DNA from: Patescibacteria group bacterium | GTDB lineage: Bacteria; Patescibacteriota; Minisyncoccia; Phycocordibacterales; SBAW01 | Reading direction: 5' to 3' | Assembly: GCA_016176685.1 (NCBI GenBank) | Contig: JACOWS010000002.1 | Coordinates: forward strand, 94,608 to 158,607 | DNA: 64,000 bases | The notes under the pieces: generated by a model | Seen by the model: only the letters and a program-made list of their open reading frames with translations | Told to the model about the DNA's origin: nothing | The model's database searches: none | Shown: piece by piece, positions 10,299-20,015 of the stretch | How positions within the stretch are numbered: position 1 is the stretch's first letter | Layout: the number at the start of each line of letters is the position of its first letter | Made by a program: the position numbers and the translations under genes

Positions 10299-11066
10299 AT
10301 GCAGGCCCGCCCAAAACTAGTGGTGTTCGACCTTGATGGCACGTTGGTTGAAAGCAAACAGCCGATGTCGGCACAGATGGGCGAATTGGTTGGAGAGCTC
10401 CTGCAAATGATGCCGGTGGCGGTTATGTCCGGCGCGGCCTTCCATCAGTTTGAACGGCAATTTTTGCCGGCGCTCCCCGAGCAAGCGCGGTTTGAGCGGC
10501 TATACCTCTTTCCCACTAACGCGGCGGTATGCTACATACACAAAGACGGTGGGTGGCAAACCGCTTATGACCACTCGCTTACCATTATAGAAAAGAGTCG
10601 TATCTTGCAAGCGCTTAAAGAAGCCCGCGCGGAAACCGGCCTTGCCGTGGTACCGGAGTACAACCCAAAGTGGGGCGAACAGGAGGAGGACCGCGGCACA
10701 CAAATCACCTTCTCGGCTCTTGGCCAACGCGCCCCGGTGGGAGAAAAGAAAAGGTGGGATCCGACGAAGGAAAAGCGTTTGCCTTTGTATAAAGCGCTTG
10801 TGCGGCGGCTGCCAGATTTTTCCGTAGGGCTCAACGCGACAACCTCGATAGACATCACACGCAAAGGAATAAGCAAAGCGTACGGGGTGCGGCGCCTTAT
10901 AGAGATGACCGACATTTCCGTTTCCGAAATGCTCTATATCGGCGACGCCCTCAAAGAGGGCGGCAACGACGCCGTGGTTAAAGAGACGGGTATCCGCACC
11001 CAGGAGGTCTTTGGCCCGGAGGAGGCGGCTATTATTATACAAGACCTGCTCAACCGCGCACACTAG
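10299..11066 (+). CDS. HAD-IIB hydrolase, phosphomannomutase-like
   Basis: FDLDGTL, EDRGTQITFS, SIDIT and GD-x4-GGND motifs. Confidence 0.85.
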   Translation: MQARPKLVVFDLDGTLVESKQPMSAQMGELVGELLQMMPVAVMSGAAFHQFERQFLPALPEQARFERLYLFPTNAAVCYIHKDGGWQTAYDHSLTIIEKSRILQALKEARAETGLAVVPEYNPKWGEQEEDRGTQITFSALGQRAPVGEKKRWDPTKEKRLPLYKALVRRLPDFSVGLNATTSIDITRKGISKAYGVRRLIEMTDISVSEMLYIGDALKEGGNDAVVKETGIRTQEVFGPEEAAIIIQDLLNRAH

Positions 11067-11087
11067 TTTGTCGAGCGGTTTTTGGGT

Positions 11088-11540
11088 TTAGCGACTACCA
11101 AAGAAGGAAAAGAAGTTTGAAAACCAGTGCGAGACATTGCCGGGGAGACTGTAAGTAAAAAAGTAAAAATCTTGCCACACCCCCGCCCGTGCACTGACAC
11201 CGGCGCCGCTGGAGGTTGCTACAAATACCTGCACCGACTTGTCGCTGGGGGAAATAGTTTTTATTACTGACTCCTTGTGTACTACCCCCCCTGCCTCTGT
11301 TTGTACCTCGACTTCTACCACGCCGCTACCCGCGTTTGTGTTGAGCGTATTTTTTATTTCTACCGAGGCGCTCCCCGACTCGGAGTAGGCACTGCCGCTG
11401 CCGCCGACCTGTATACCGCCGGTTGAAACTTCCGAAGAGCTGTAGGTGGTCAACGCCAACCCGCCGCCCCCCGCAAAAGCAAGCGCAAAGAGCGGGTGAA
11501 GGGACAGAAGTATGCTTATGCCGGTAACGAAGTATTTCAT
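11088..11540 (-). CDS. Secreted Ser/Gly-rich hypothetical protein
   Basis: Signal-peptide-like N-terminus; one degenerate copy of the cluster repeat. Confidence 0.65.
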   Translation of the reverse strand: MKYFVTGISILLSLHPLFALAFAGGGGLALTTYSSSEVSTGGIQVGGSGSAYSESGSASVEIKNTLNTNAGSGVVEVEVQTEAGGVVHKESVIKTISPSDKSVQVFVATSSGAGVSARAGVWQDFYFFTYSLPGNVSHWFSNFFSFFGSR

Positions 11541-11583
11541 GGTGAGTACAGTACCAAGCACTTGGTACAAAAGGAAGACGGCT

Positions 11584-14500
11584 CTAGAGACCGCCGAGTA
11601 GGCCCTTGAGCACAGAGAACCACCCTGCCTTTTTGGGCGCAGGCGCTTGCTCTACGTCCGGGGCCAATGGCGCCAAAAAGGCGCCCGATGGCGGAACACT
11701 TTTAGGCGTTTTTGGTTCTGACTTTGGTGCGCTCGGCGCCGCGCTATGTACCGCAGCCGCAGCGGCAACCTGCGGCGCCGGTGCGCCAACCACTATAGGC
11801 GCCTTGCCGCCGCAGGCGAGCTGGTTTATTTTGCTCTGCGTCATTGAGTACACTCCTCCGGTGGGGGTCTTGAGCCCTAGCGGGGTCAGAACCTCGGCGG
11901 CATACTTTTGCTGAAATGCATTGACTGCCGCCGCGGTTAATGGCCCGTAGTAGCCGGTGGTCGGCAGGTGTGCATTTTGATGTGCGTTGAGAAAGGCCTG
12001 CAGATTGACCACCTCGGCACGGTTGTTTTTCCTACTACGGGACATAAAGCTGGTAAGGAGCGGCTTGCAATCTACTTCATCATCATCGGCAATCGCAACT
12101 GTGGAAGTACCGAGTACCTCTCCCGCTTCTGTAAACTCTACCTCGCTTGACGCCTCAACCGGCGTAAAGGGGTTGCCGACAACCGGGTGGTTGCGCATAC
12201 CGGTAACGCGGGCGACATTGCGATATATGCCCGGCTTGGTGCTGGTGCCAAACGCTATTGAGTACGAGAGGGTAATGAGGTCGGCCGGTGCCACGGTCTC
12301 GAGGTCCCACGAGCGCGCGTACATAACGCCGCCCGAGGGGTCGTAGAGCGTGTCGGTGAGCAAGCCGTGGTACAGAGCGCCCGCGCTGGTATTGTTTTCA
12401 ATAACTACCTGGTAGTCGACCATCGTGGGGGCGGTGGTTGTGCCTATACTTAGGGTCTTTTTAACCGTGATTTTTGGGTCTGGCGTTGCGCTGTATGTAC
12501 CGTTTGCGGTTATGCCGGCAATGAGTCCGCCACCACCGCCACCGCCTCCACCACCTCCTCCTCCGCCCCCACCGCCATTATTGACGACGGGTGCCGGCGA
12601 AGTGACATCTACTGTAACCACGGTAAATCCCGCCGTGTCTCCGCCTTCAACTGTAGCAGTCAGAGGGATAGTCATTGATGTGCCCGCCGGTGTATCGCCC
12701 ACCTCTGCCGTATAGGTAAACGTGCGCGTCTCGCCCCGAGCCACCCTGCCCAAGTTCCACTTCTTGCCGTTGTCGGTATCCGTTGCTCCGCTATCGGCGG
12801 CAAAGGTAAGCAAATTTTTGTCAAAGTCGGCCTTTAGCGCCACATCCTCCGCGTCGGCATCGCCGCTGTTTGTAACGGTAAAGCGGTACTCCACCGTGGA
12901 GCCCGGCAAGACCGCCCTGGTGGCGTTGGTAAAGGCCTCGAGAGAAAGGTCGGATTGTCCAAAAGCGATATCGCCGCTCCAGTCGCCAAAGATGTTAAAG
13001 ACGGCAAATATCCAGTTGCGCCCGACTATGTTGGTGTTGATGAGGTTTATAACATTGGCTACCGCGTAGGCATTGCCGGTATTGATATATCCGGTACCGT
13101 CTTCTGTCAGAGTTTCGTTTGCGCCAGTTTCTGCAGAGACGTCCACATTGTTTTCAACCACGGCAACATTGGTAGATGATGCTAGGAAGTGCGAGGAGTT
13201 GTAGCAGTTGGAGACGGGTCCCAACTTTTCTTTACAATTAGCATCAGGAGCTTCAGGCAACTCTACCCCGCTGTTGTCACTGGTGACCAAAATAACTGTT
13301 GAGGTGCTGTTTCCCTCGGAGTTCTCCGGAAGTGCCACCCACGAGAGCCCCGCGGGCAGGCCGGTAACATTGCCGCTCCACTCGCCCGAAACGCGGAAGA
13401 AGAAGAATGCCGAGGTACCGCCAAAGTAGCTCCCGTTGGCGTCGGTAAAGGTAGTGGCCGAGCTGTAGGCGTCGCCTGTTTCAACTTCGCCATGACCAAG
13501 ACCCGTGGTGGTAGCCACATTCTCGCCTGTCTCGGCACTTGCGGTAGTGGTACCGACAAAGTTTACATCGTTGGTGTTATTAACCCCGTAGGTGCTCGCG
13601 TTCATCGCCGGGGCAGAGCCGCCGTGGGCAAAAAGCTTCCCGAAGAAGTCGGCATTGGGCAGGGTGATGTTGCCCGCCAAGCTGCCAAAGTTGTTAAACG
13701 AGACAAGCAGGTAGCTTGAGTTGATGATGTTGGTGTTGACCACGTTAAGCACGTTGGCCGCGGCATAGGCGTCGCCGGTGTTTATAGAAGCACCGCCGCT
13801 CTCGGTTGAGGAAGCCACATTCTCCCCCGTTGAAGCGCGCACCAGGACGCTGTTGGTTACGGTGGCGGTGTTGTCGTTTACCACGTTAAGCTCGCTGGCA
13901 TTGAGGCAGGTTAAGAGGGTGCACTGCGGCTCGCCGGTTGTCTCGTTGACCGTTTGGGACGCGCCCGCCTCGCCGTCAAAGAAATAGGAGAGGTTGAAGT
14001 CGCGCAGGTCAAACCCGCCGCCGAAAAGCTGATTCAAAAAGAGGATGAGCCCGTAGGAGTTGAAGATGTTGGTGTTGACGAGGTTTATGACATTGGATGT
14101 TGCGGCGGCGTTGCCGGTATCAATGGTCGAGGTGGCTACCCCTCCATCGGCCATGTTCTCGCCCGTTGTCGCCAAGGTCTCGGACTCGCTCCCCAGCTCG
14201 GCCTCGTTTGTGGTAGAGGCGGTAAGGTTGGAGGAATTCATTTCCTCTCCCGGCGCGTCGCACAGCTCATCCGAGTCTTCCGAGCAGGTGTCTGCAACAT
14301 TTATAATGTTGGTGTTAAGCTCGTTGTCGACGGTTGTCGAAGCGGTGGCATCACCGGTGACTATCTCGCCGCCCACAAGACCGCCCGTGCCGTCGGTGGA
14401 GGTGGCTATGGTGGTGTTTAATTCGTCCGGCAGTATTTCATCGGTACTGGTGGCTGTGGTTGTAGGAGTGGAGGTAGCCACTGGAGCCGGCTCATCCGCG

Positions 14501-14724
14501 GGAGGTGGCGGCAGTTCGCAGGAATCACCGTTCCAGGAGCCGCCGTCTGTAGTGCACTGCACATCGGCGCATGGCTCGGCATCTTGCTCGCCCGGCACAT
14601 TTGCGCACACGTCAACCGGAGGTGGAGCTTCTTCAGCCCGTACGACGATAGACCCGGCCCCGGCCGCAAAGATGAGAAAAAGGCCCGTCCATAGAAAGTA
14701 GCGCGATGCAGAGGATATGGTCAT
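11584..14724 (-). CDS. Large secreted surface protein: TGxN/TGDA repeats, DUF11-like Ig domains, C-terminal peptidoglycan-binding domain
   Basis: Signal peptide; 4-5 repeats; VEYRFTVTNSG...WNLG; poly-Gly linker; LQAFLN...TGYYGPLTAAAVNAFQ. Confidence 0.8.
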   Translation of the reverse strand: MTISSASRYFLWTGLFLIFAAGAGSIVVRAEEAPPPVDVCANVPGEQDAEPCADVQCTTDGGSWNGDSCELPPPPADEPAPVATSTPTTTATSTDEILPDELNTTIATSTDGTGGLVGGEIVTGDATASTTVDNELNTNIINVADTCSEDSDELCDAPGEEMNSSNLTASTTNEAELGSESETLATTGENMADGGVATSTIDTGNAAATSNVINLVNTNIFNSYGLILFLNQLFGGGFDLRDFNLSYFFDGEAGASQTVNETTGEPQCTLLTCLNASELNVVNDNTATVTNSVLVRASTGENVASSTESGGASINTGDAYAAANVLNVVNTNIINSSYLLVSFNNFGSLAGNITLPNADFFGKLFAHGGSAPAMNASTYGVNNTNDVNFVGTTTASAETGENVATTTGLGHGEVETGDAYSSATTFTDANGSYFGGTSAFFFFRVSGEWSGNVTGLPAGLSWVALPENSEGNSTSTVILVTSDNSGVELPEAPDANCKEKLGPVSNCYNSSHFLASSTNVAVVENNVDVSAETGANETLTEDGTGYINTGNAYAVANVINLINTNIVGRNWIFAVFNIFGDWSGDIAFGQSDLSLEAFTNATRAVLPGSTVEYRFTVTNSGDADAEDVALKADFDKNLLTFAADSGATDTDNGKKWNLGRVARGETRTFTYTAEVGDTPAGTSMTIPLTATVEGGDTAGFTVVTVDVTSPAPVVNNGGGGGGGGGGGGGGGGGLIAGITANGTYSATPDPKITVKKTLSIGTTTAPTMVDYQVVIENNTSAGALYHGLLTDTLYDPSGGVMYARSWDLETVAPADLITLSYSIAFGTSTKPGIYRNVARVTGMRNHPVVGNPFTPVEASSEVEFTEAGEVLGTSTVAIADDDEVDCKPLLTSFMSRSRKNNRAEVVNLQAFLNAHQNAHLPTTGYYGPLTAAAVNAFQQKYAAEVLTPLGLKTPTGGVYSMTQSKINQLACGGKAPIVVGAPAPQVAAAAAVHSAAPSAPKSEPKTPKSVPPSGAFLAPLAPDVEQAPAPKKAGWFSVLKGLLGGL

Positions 14725-14862
14725 GGGTAAATTCCTGTTATATAAGCGTATAAGCGAAGGCTGTCTTGCTGGTTTCCCTCTCTGAAGCCTCGTTCTTTTA
14801 TCATAAACAAGGCCTCATGAGAAGGAGGGAGTCAAAAATTGGCTCCCTTCCCTCAACTCGCA

Positions 14863-16974
14863 TTACAACTCGCAACTTGTCAGCACATTGAAGCCTCCGC
14901 CAGCATTGCAGGTGTCGGTGCCTCCCTGGCCGTTTATCTTGTCGTTGCCGCCCTGCGCCATGATGGAGTCGTCTCCGCCACCCGCATCGACCTTATTGTT
15001 GCCGTCGCCGGCGTCTATGGTGTCGGCACCGGAGCCAGTCGTAATTTTGTCGTTTCCTGCACCTGTGGTAACGGTATAGCCGCCATCGCCCGCAATGATA
15101 GTGTTGTTACCGAACATAGAGAAGAGTGTGCCGCCGCCGTTGCCGACAGTAACTTTGTCGTTGCCGGCACCGGCATCTACCACTGCATCGCCGTCGCCGA
15201 GGTCTACCTTATCGTTGCCGCTACCAAGGCAGACGATAAAGTTGCCGTCGCCGCCCGTAACCTTGTCGTTGCCGCCAAGGCCGACAAACATGGTCATGGA
15301 TGCGAGCACTACTTTGTCGTGTCCGGCAGTGCCGTTTTGGAGCGTGTAGCCAGCCGGTGCCACGCCCGGAGTCTCGCACGCCTCTGCCAAAGACGGCGGC
15401 GCGGGAGGTGTATTGTCCACCGTAACCTTCCAGGCATCACTCCACGGGCTCATGTTGCCGTCGTTATCAACCGCGCGCACGTGCCAATAGTAGACTCCCT
15501 CGGGCGTGCCGGGGGTCGGGATTTCAGACACAGCCAGTGGGCCGGAAGTGTATACCGGGGTCGTAAACGAGCCGTCCGGGTTTGTCGCGGAAGAGTTGGA
15601 CGATTGATAGCGATAGGTCATCGGCAATGCCGGGTCGGTGACATCTGTCCAGTCGATTTTGTCCAGCGCGGCCGATGTTAGCGTGCTGTTGTCTGCCGGA
15701 GAAAGGTGCACCGGCGCGGGGACGCATATCTTGTTCCACACAATAACGTACTTGTCGCCGGTGATGCCGGTGAAGCTCGGGACAGTGAGTGACACGGGCG
15801 CACCTGCCGCCTCAACAGGCGTGTCGCCGGTGCTGTAGCCAACTAACGCATATGGCTGGCCGGTACTGCAGTCGGCGCCAACTACCGCGCCGCCTGTTAC
15901 CTCGTAGGTACTGTAGTCGGCACCCGAGGTCATCTCGGAGGTGATTGCCTGGTAGGGAGTGGGGTCGCCGTTAAAGCCGTCGGCATCGAGGTCGTACGAG
16001 CCGCTTCCTGCGCCGATGTTTGCGGCATCCCAGGTTGCCGACATAGGGAATGCGGATGAGTCCGCACTCACTGCCGTTGCCTGTGCCCCGTCAATAAACT
16101 TGTTGATGGTGACGGTCACTGGAGGCATAGGGCCAGAAAGGAGCGAGAGGTTGTCGAATAGGAAGCCGTTACCCGCCGTATCCGGAGCCGCCCCGCCGCC
16201 AGTGCGGAAGATGAGGTCGTCGGTCGTGCGCGGACTCTGTTCCGCGGATGCTTCGGAGTCAAAGCGGAAGTAGTTTTCCCAAGTGGTTCCCGTATGTACC
16301 AACACGCCGTCTATGTAGATTTTGACAATGTCGTTGGAAGCACTATCAACATAGTCAATTACGAACTTTGCCGAATGCGTTGTCGAGCGAGAAAGGCCTG
16401 TTGCAACCGTTGTCGGCGAGAAAGTTGCCGGGTTACCTGTGCCTGGCGTGTCATAGAAGATAACGTCAATACCGCCCGGCTCGTCGGAGAATCCTAGATA
16501 GCTCATACGCGAGCCGTCGCCGCGGTCTGGAGATACAGATACAAAGAGTCCCGGCTGTTGGGTTGATTCTGTAGAGGCAAAGTCAAACTGTGCCTCAAAG
16601 TGCGGCTGCCTGGTGCCGCCGGACATACCGCCGCTGGTAGAATCAACCTCGCCCGCTTCGTCTATTAGAGATTTAGAAAAGGTCATGTCGCCAAAACAAC
16701 CGCTCGTGACTGCGTTGGAGATGCGCAATACCTTCGAGCCGAATTCTACGAAACCGTAGGAGTTTGATACAACCGCGTGGTCATATATTGCACAGCCGGA
16801 TCCTACACTGCCGAGGCTAGACCACCCGTCTTGTCCGTTGACCGTTCCAAGCGTAAAGCTCTCGAAGTCGGTGGCGGTGCTGTCGGCAGATGCGTAAGAG
16901 AACAAGGCAAGGGCGCCGAGCAGTATCGCTACTGTTGTGAGAGTTCCTGCGCCGATTGATACTGTTTTACTCAT
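14863..16974 (-). CDS. Secreted protein with beta-sandwich domains and C-terminal RTX-like Ca-binding repeats
   Basis: Signal peptide from MSKTV; YYWHVRAVDNDGN...W fibronectin/Ig-like motif; multiple GxGNDK nonapeptides. Confidence 0.8.
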   Translation of the reverse strand: MSKTVSIGAGTLTTVAILLGALALFSYASADSTATDFESFTLGTVNGQDGWSSLGSVGSGCAIYDHAVVSNSYGFVEFGSKVLRISNAVTSGCFGDMTFSKSLIDEAGEVDSTSGGMSGGTRQPHFEAQFDFASTESTQQPGLFVSVSPDRGDGSRMSYLGFSDEPGGIDVIFYDTPGTGNPATFSPTTVATGLSRSTTHSAKFVIDYVDSASNDIVKIYIDGVLVHTGTTWENYFRFDSEASAEQSPRTTDDLIFRTGGGAAPDTAGNGFLFDNLSLLSGPMPPVTVTINKFIDGAQATAVSADSSAFPMSATWDAANIGAGSGSYDLDADGFNGDPTPYQAITSEMTSGADYSTYEVTGGAVVGADCSTGQPYALVGYSTGDTPVEAAGAPVSLTVPSFTGITGDKYVIVWNKICVPAPVHLSPADNSTLTSAALDKIDWTDVTDPALPMTYRYQSSNSSATNPDGSFTTPVYTSGPLAVSEIPTPGTPEGVYYWHVRAVDNDGNMSPWSDAWKVTVDNTPPAPPSLAEACETPGVAPAGYTLQNGTAGHDKVVLASMTMFVGLGGNDKVTGGDGNFIVCLGSGNDKVDLGDGDAVVDAGAGNDKVTVGNGGGTLFSMFGNNTIIAGDGGYTVTTGAGNDKITTGSGADTIDAGDGNNKVDAGGGDDSIMAQGGNDKINGQGGTDTCNAGGGFNVLTSCEL

Positions 16975-17005
16975 AATTGGTTTTACTAAATTAATAACTT
17001 GTTTG

Positions 17006-17437
17006 TTAGCGGGTGCGCGCGGCGTCCCTGGTTGAACAGCTGGATGTAGAGAGTCTGTCGCACTGCGTCTCCGGCTCCGGCGCCGGCTCATCGCCCCCAT
17101 CATCGCCGCCATAGCTGGTGTCTGGGGTGTTGGTTGGCCCTATGTTGACCACATACACCTCCACGTGCTCGTCGCCGGTGATGACCGTGCCGCCCTCGTT
17201 GCCGCCGGAGTCGGCGGTGCCGCTCGTTGAGTTTGAAATGTTGCCTGCACTTGGATTAATCGGAGCCGGAGTAGGAGTGCTCGGGGGAGCGTCGGTGGAG
17301 GGGCTCCCCGACCCGCCGCGGTCGCGTACCGAAGCGTCCCTGACCTCTGCCTGCGCGCTAAAGGCAAGCACATACATCGCAAGAATGGCGAGCGCCACCG
17401 CGACTACTTTTGTGGTGACCGAAAGTGTTTTAGTCAT
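17006..17437 (-). CDS. Small secreted protein with one TGD-type repeat
   Basis: Signal peptide; NISNSTSGTADSGGN...GTVITGD. Confidence 0.7.
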   Translation of the reverse strand: MTKTLSVTTKVVAVALAILAMYVLAFSAQAEVRDASVRDRGGSGSPSTDAPPSTPTPAPINPSAGNISNSTSGTADSGGNEGGTVITGDEHVEVYVVNIGPTNTPDTSYGGDDGGDEPAPEPETQCDRLSTSSCSTRDAARTR

Positions 17438-17595
17438 ACTTTTTTATACTTAGCTGATAATACTGTTAATGGTATACCCTCGGGAGAACCTTCTTTATTC
17501 CCTCAAGAAAGCTCTCCCGAGGGCGGCACCTCGGCCAAAGCCTAGGTACCGACCCCCAGAAAGAACCTTCGCGAACCGAACAAACCGAAACGAAA

Positions 17596-18309
17596 CTAGA
17601 TGCGAACGCGAACCAGCGTCGTGTTGAGTATGTTGATGCTGCCTGCCTCTGAAGTTGCAACACCTGTTGTAACCCAGCCGCCGCCAGCACCTGCGCCGCC
17701 ATTACCACCATCGCCGGCCTCTGCGCCGCCGTTGTTGTTGTCGCCGTCGTCAACTTCAACCTCGCCGCCTGTGCCACCGTTGCCGCCTGTGCTACCTGCA
17801 GCATTGTTGTCGCCAGTGCGTGCCTTAGCGCGAGTAGTGTTGTCGATGGAATTGCACCCGCAATCCTCATTTTCTACCTTAACCTTGATCTCGGAGCTGT
17901 TCATGTCCTCTCCGTCGAGGTCAATGTCAACGTCAGTTGCGTTGAGCGAGTTTGCCGAGCCAGCCGCCGCCCCTGCGTCGCCCGTCTCTACCGTGCCGCC
18001 GATACCGGCGTTGCCGCCGTTGCCGCCCTCGCCGGCCAATGCGCCGCCGTTGTTGTTGTCGCCGTCGTCAACCTCGATGTCGCCGCCCGAGCCGCCTTCT
18101 CCGCCCCTGCTACCGCCAGCCACATTGCTTCCGGTTGAAGCGCGAGCCGAGGTTGTGTTGGTGATCGAGCCGGAGTTTTCAGTCTCTATCTTAATCGAGC
18201 TGCTGTTCATAGCCGCCGAAGCAGGCATCGCAATCGCCAAGAGCGAGAGCGCCAGTGCCGCCGTCATAGAGAGAGCAACCGCGCGATTAAGTGTTGTGCT
18301 TTGAGTCAT
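17596..18309 (-). CDS. Secreted Gly/Asn-rich protein made of two ~100 aa repeats
   Basis: Signal peptide (..PASA); MNSSxIK...NTTxAxAxTGxN...EVDDGDNNNGGA...TGxA occurs twice. Confidence 0.8.
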   Translation of the reverse strand: MTQSTTLNRAVALSMTAALALSLLAIAMPASAAMNSSSIKIETENSGSITNTTSARASTGSNVAGGSRGGEGGSGGDIEVDDGDNNNGGALAGEGGNGGNAGIGGTVETGDAGAAAGSANSLNATDVDIDLDGEDMNSSEIKVKVENEDCGCNSIDNTTRAKARTGDNNAAGSTGGNGGTGGEVEVDDGDNNNGGAEAGDGGNGGAGAGGGWVTTGVATSEAGSINILNTTLVRVRI

Positions 18310-18882
18310 ATCTGTATTCTGTATTAATCTTTCTAATGTATAAATCTGTCATCCCGCTTCCGTACGGACAAGCGTGAAGCCAGGCATCGACCCGCGAACT
18401 GGACTTTATTAAGTACAGCTCACAGGAGCACTCGCCTTCCCCCGCGGGTGGTGCTGTGAACTTTACTGCCTGCTGCTGTCTTCCTGTTGTGCTGGTGTCA
18501 AGGTTCGTCCGGGAAACAAAAACGCGCAACACCTTGAGCGATGTTACGCTTTGTCTGACGCTATTCTGTTGTACAGAGAAAACAACAGCATAATTTTATG
18601 CCGCTGGTTTCCCCGCACACTCGCAACCAACCTGGCGCTGTGTACCTGTCCATTATTGAACACCGCCCAGGCATGTCAACACTTTTTTCCACTATCGAGC
18701 ATACTACGATATACTATAGAGGAGCGTGTCAAACTTTTGTGCGGGCGCGGAAAAAACAGAAACACTACCGCGGTTGCGTACGCGGGCAAGACGGGCCCCA
18801 AACCCTGGGAAACCAGCGGAAAACTGGAGTTTTTGGGGCCCCTCTCGCCCGCTTACTTTTATGGTAAGCGGGCCCTGTAGTT

Positions 18883-19881
18883 TTAAGGAAGCGGCGGGAT
18901 AGGCAGGTTAAGTGCGGCGCACGTGAGGTTGTTTATTTTGCGCAGGGTTGTTTTGTACACGTAACCGGTTGCGGTTTGGTTACTTTGCAAGCCAAACGGC
19001 ACCCACGGCGCAAGTATCTCGCCTGCGTACTTAAGTTGGAATGCGCGCACAGCCGCATCGGTCAGCGGGCCGAAATAGCCGGTCACCGGCAACCCCGAGG
19101 CCATATGTTCGTTGAGAAATGTTTGCAGTTTTTTTACCTCTGCCGAGTCGTTTTGTTTGCCGCGGCGCAAGTAGGAGTTTAGGTAGGGGCCGCAGGATGC
19201 TTCCGCCGGAGCCGCAACTTCTGCCACGGTCGTGGTACCTAATACTTCCCCGCCGCCGACTTGATATCCCACCGAAAGTGGGCCGCCTATAACACCATTG
19301 CCACCTCCTCCGCTCGAAGACCCCGAGCTGGGAGAAGGGCTGCCCCCTCCAGTATTGGAAGGGGGGGGGTTTGAATCGTCTTCTCCACCCCCGGTGTCGG
19401 TATCGCCATCTTCCTCGCCAGTGTCTCCCGTATCGCCAGAATCGCCGGTGTCGCCGGTGGCCTGCTCGACACAGTTACCTTCGCCATCAAGCTCGTACCC
19501 TTCAGGGACAGCTTCTTGCACGCCATCTATGTTTGGGCACAGGTCGGTTGGTGCCGGCGGCGGCACAAACGCCGCGCAGTCCGGGTCGGCAAGGTCTATA
19601 AGGCCGTCCCCATCGTTGTCCAGGCCATCGCTACAGAGCGCCTGCGTATTTTCGGGCTCTGTGGGTGTGGCATCGTCGGGGCACGAGCCGCCATCCAACA
19701 CCGGTATAGGCGTGCCGATACCGCCAAGCTCGGTAAAGACGAGACACACGATATCGCCGCCGAGCGATGCCTGTGCCACGTGAGAATGTATAAAAAACGA
19801 ACCGGAAAAAAACAGCCCGAGCATCATACCCGCAAACATAGTTGCGCAATGCGCAGAAAAACCCAGAGTTTTCATAAGCAT
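18883..19881 (-). CDS. Secreted acidic protein with Ca-binding-like motifs and C-terminal peptidoglycan-binding domain
   Basis: CSDGLDNDGDGLIDLADPDC; DLCPNIDGVQ; LQTFLN...TGYFGPLTDAAVRAFQ. Confidence 0.8.
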   Translation of the reverse strand: MLMKTLGFSAHCATMFAGMMLGLFFSGSFFIHSHVAQASLGGDIVCLVFTELGGIGTPIPVLDGGSCPDDATPTEPENTQALCSDGLDNDGDGLIDLADPDCAAFVPPPAPTDLCPNIDGVQEAVPEGYELDGEGNCVEQATGDTGDSGDTGDTGEEDGDTDTGGGEDDSNPPPSNTGGGSPSPSSGSSSGGGGNGVIGGPLSVGYQVGGGEVLGTTTVAEVAAPAEASCGPYLNSYLRRGKQNDSAEVKKLQTFLNEHMASGLPVTGYFGPLTDAAVRAFQLKYAGEILAPWVPFGLQSNQTATGYVYKTTLRKINNLTCAALNLPIPPLP

Positions 19882-20015
19882 TCCAGAAAAACAGCGAATA
19901 AAGAGTTATAGACAACCGACAGTACAGACTGCCAACTACCATATACTTCTTTGGTGCGCTGTCAAAATTGACAATACCTTTTGGCTATGTCAGAAATTGC
20001 TACCCTTTTTCGACG

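Noticed and set aside
12528-12577. GGN trinucleotide run as a contingency repeat
   Set aside because: Mixed codons encode an ordinary poly-Gly linker
14839-15681. Long antisense ORFs (also 17600-18304, 57557-58459 and those within rpoBC and smc)
   Set aside because: Shadow frames of GC-rich or repetitive genes with no recognisable motifs
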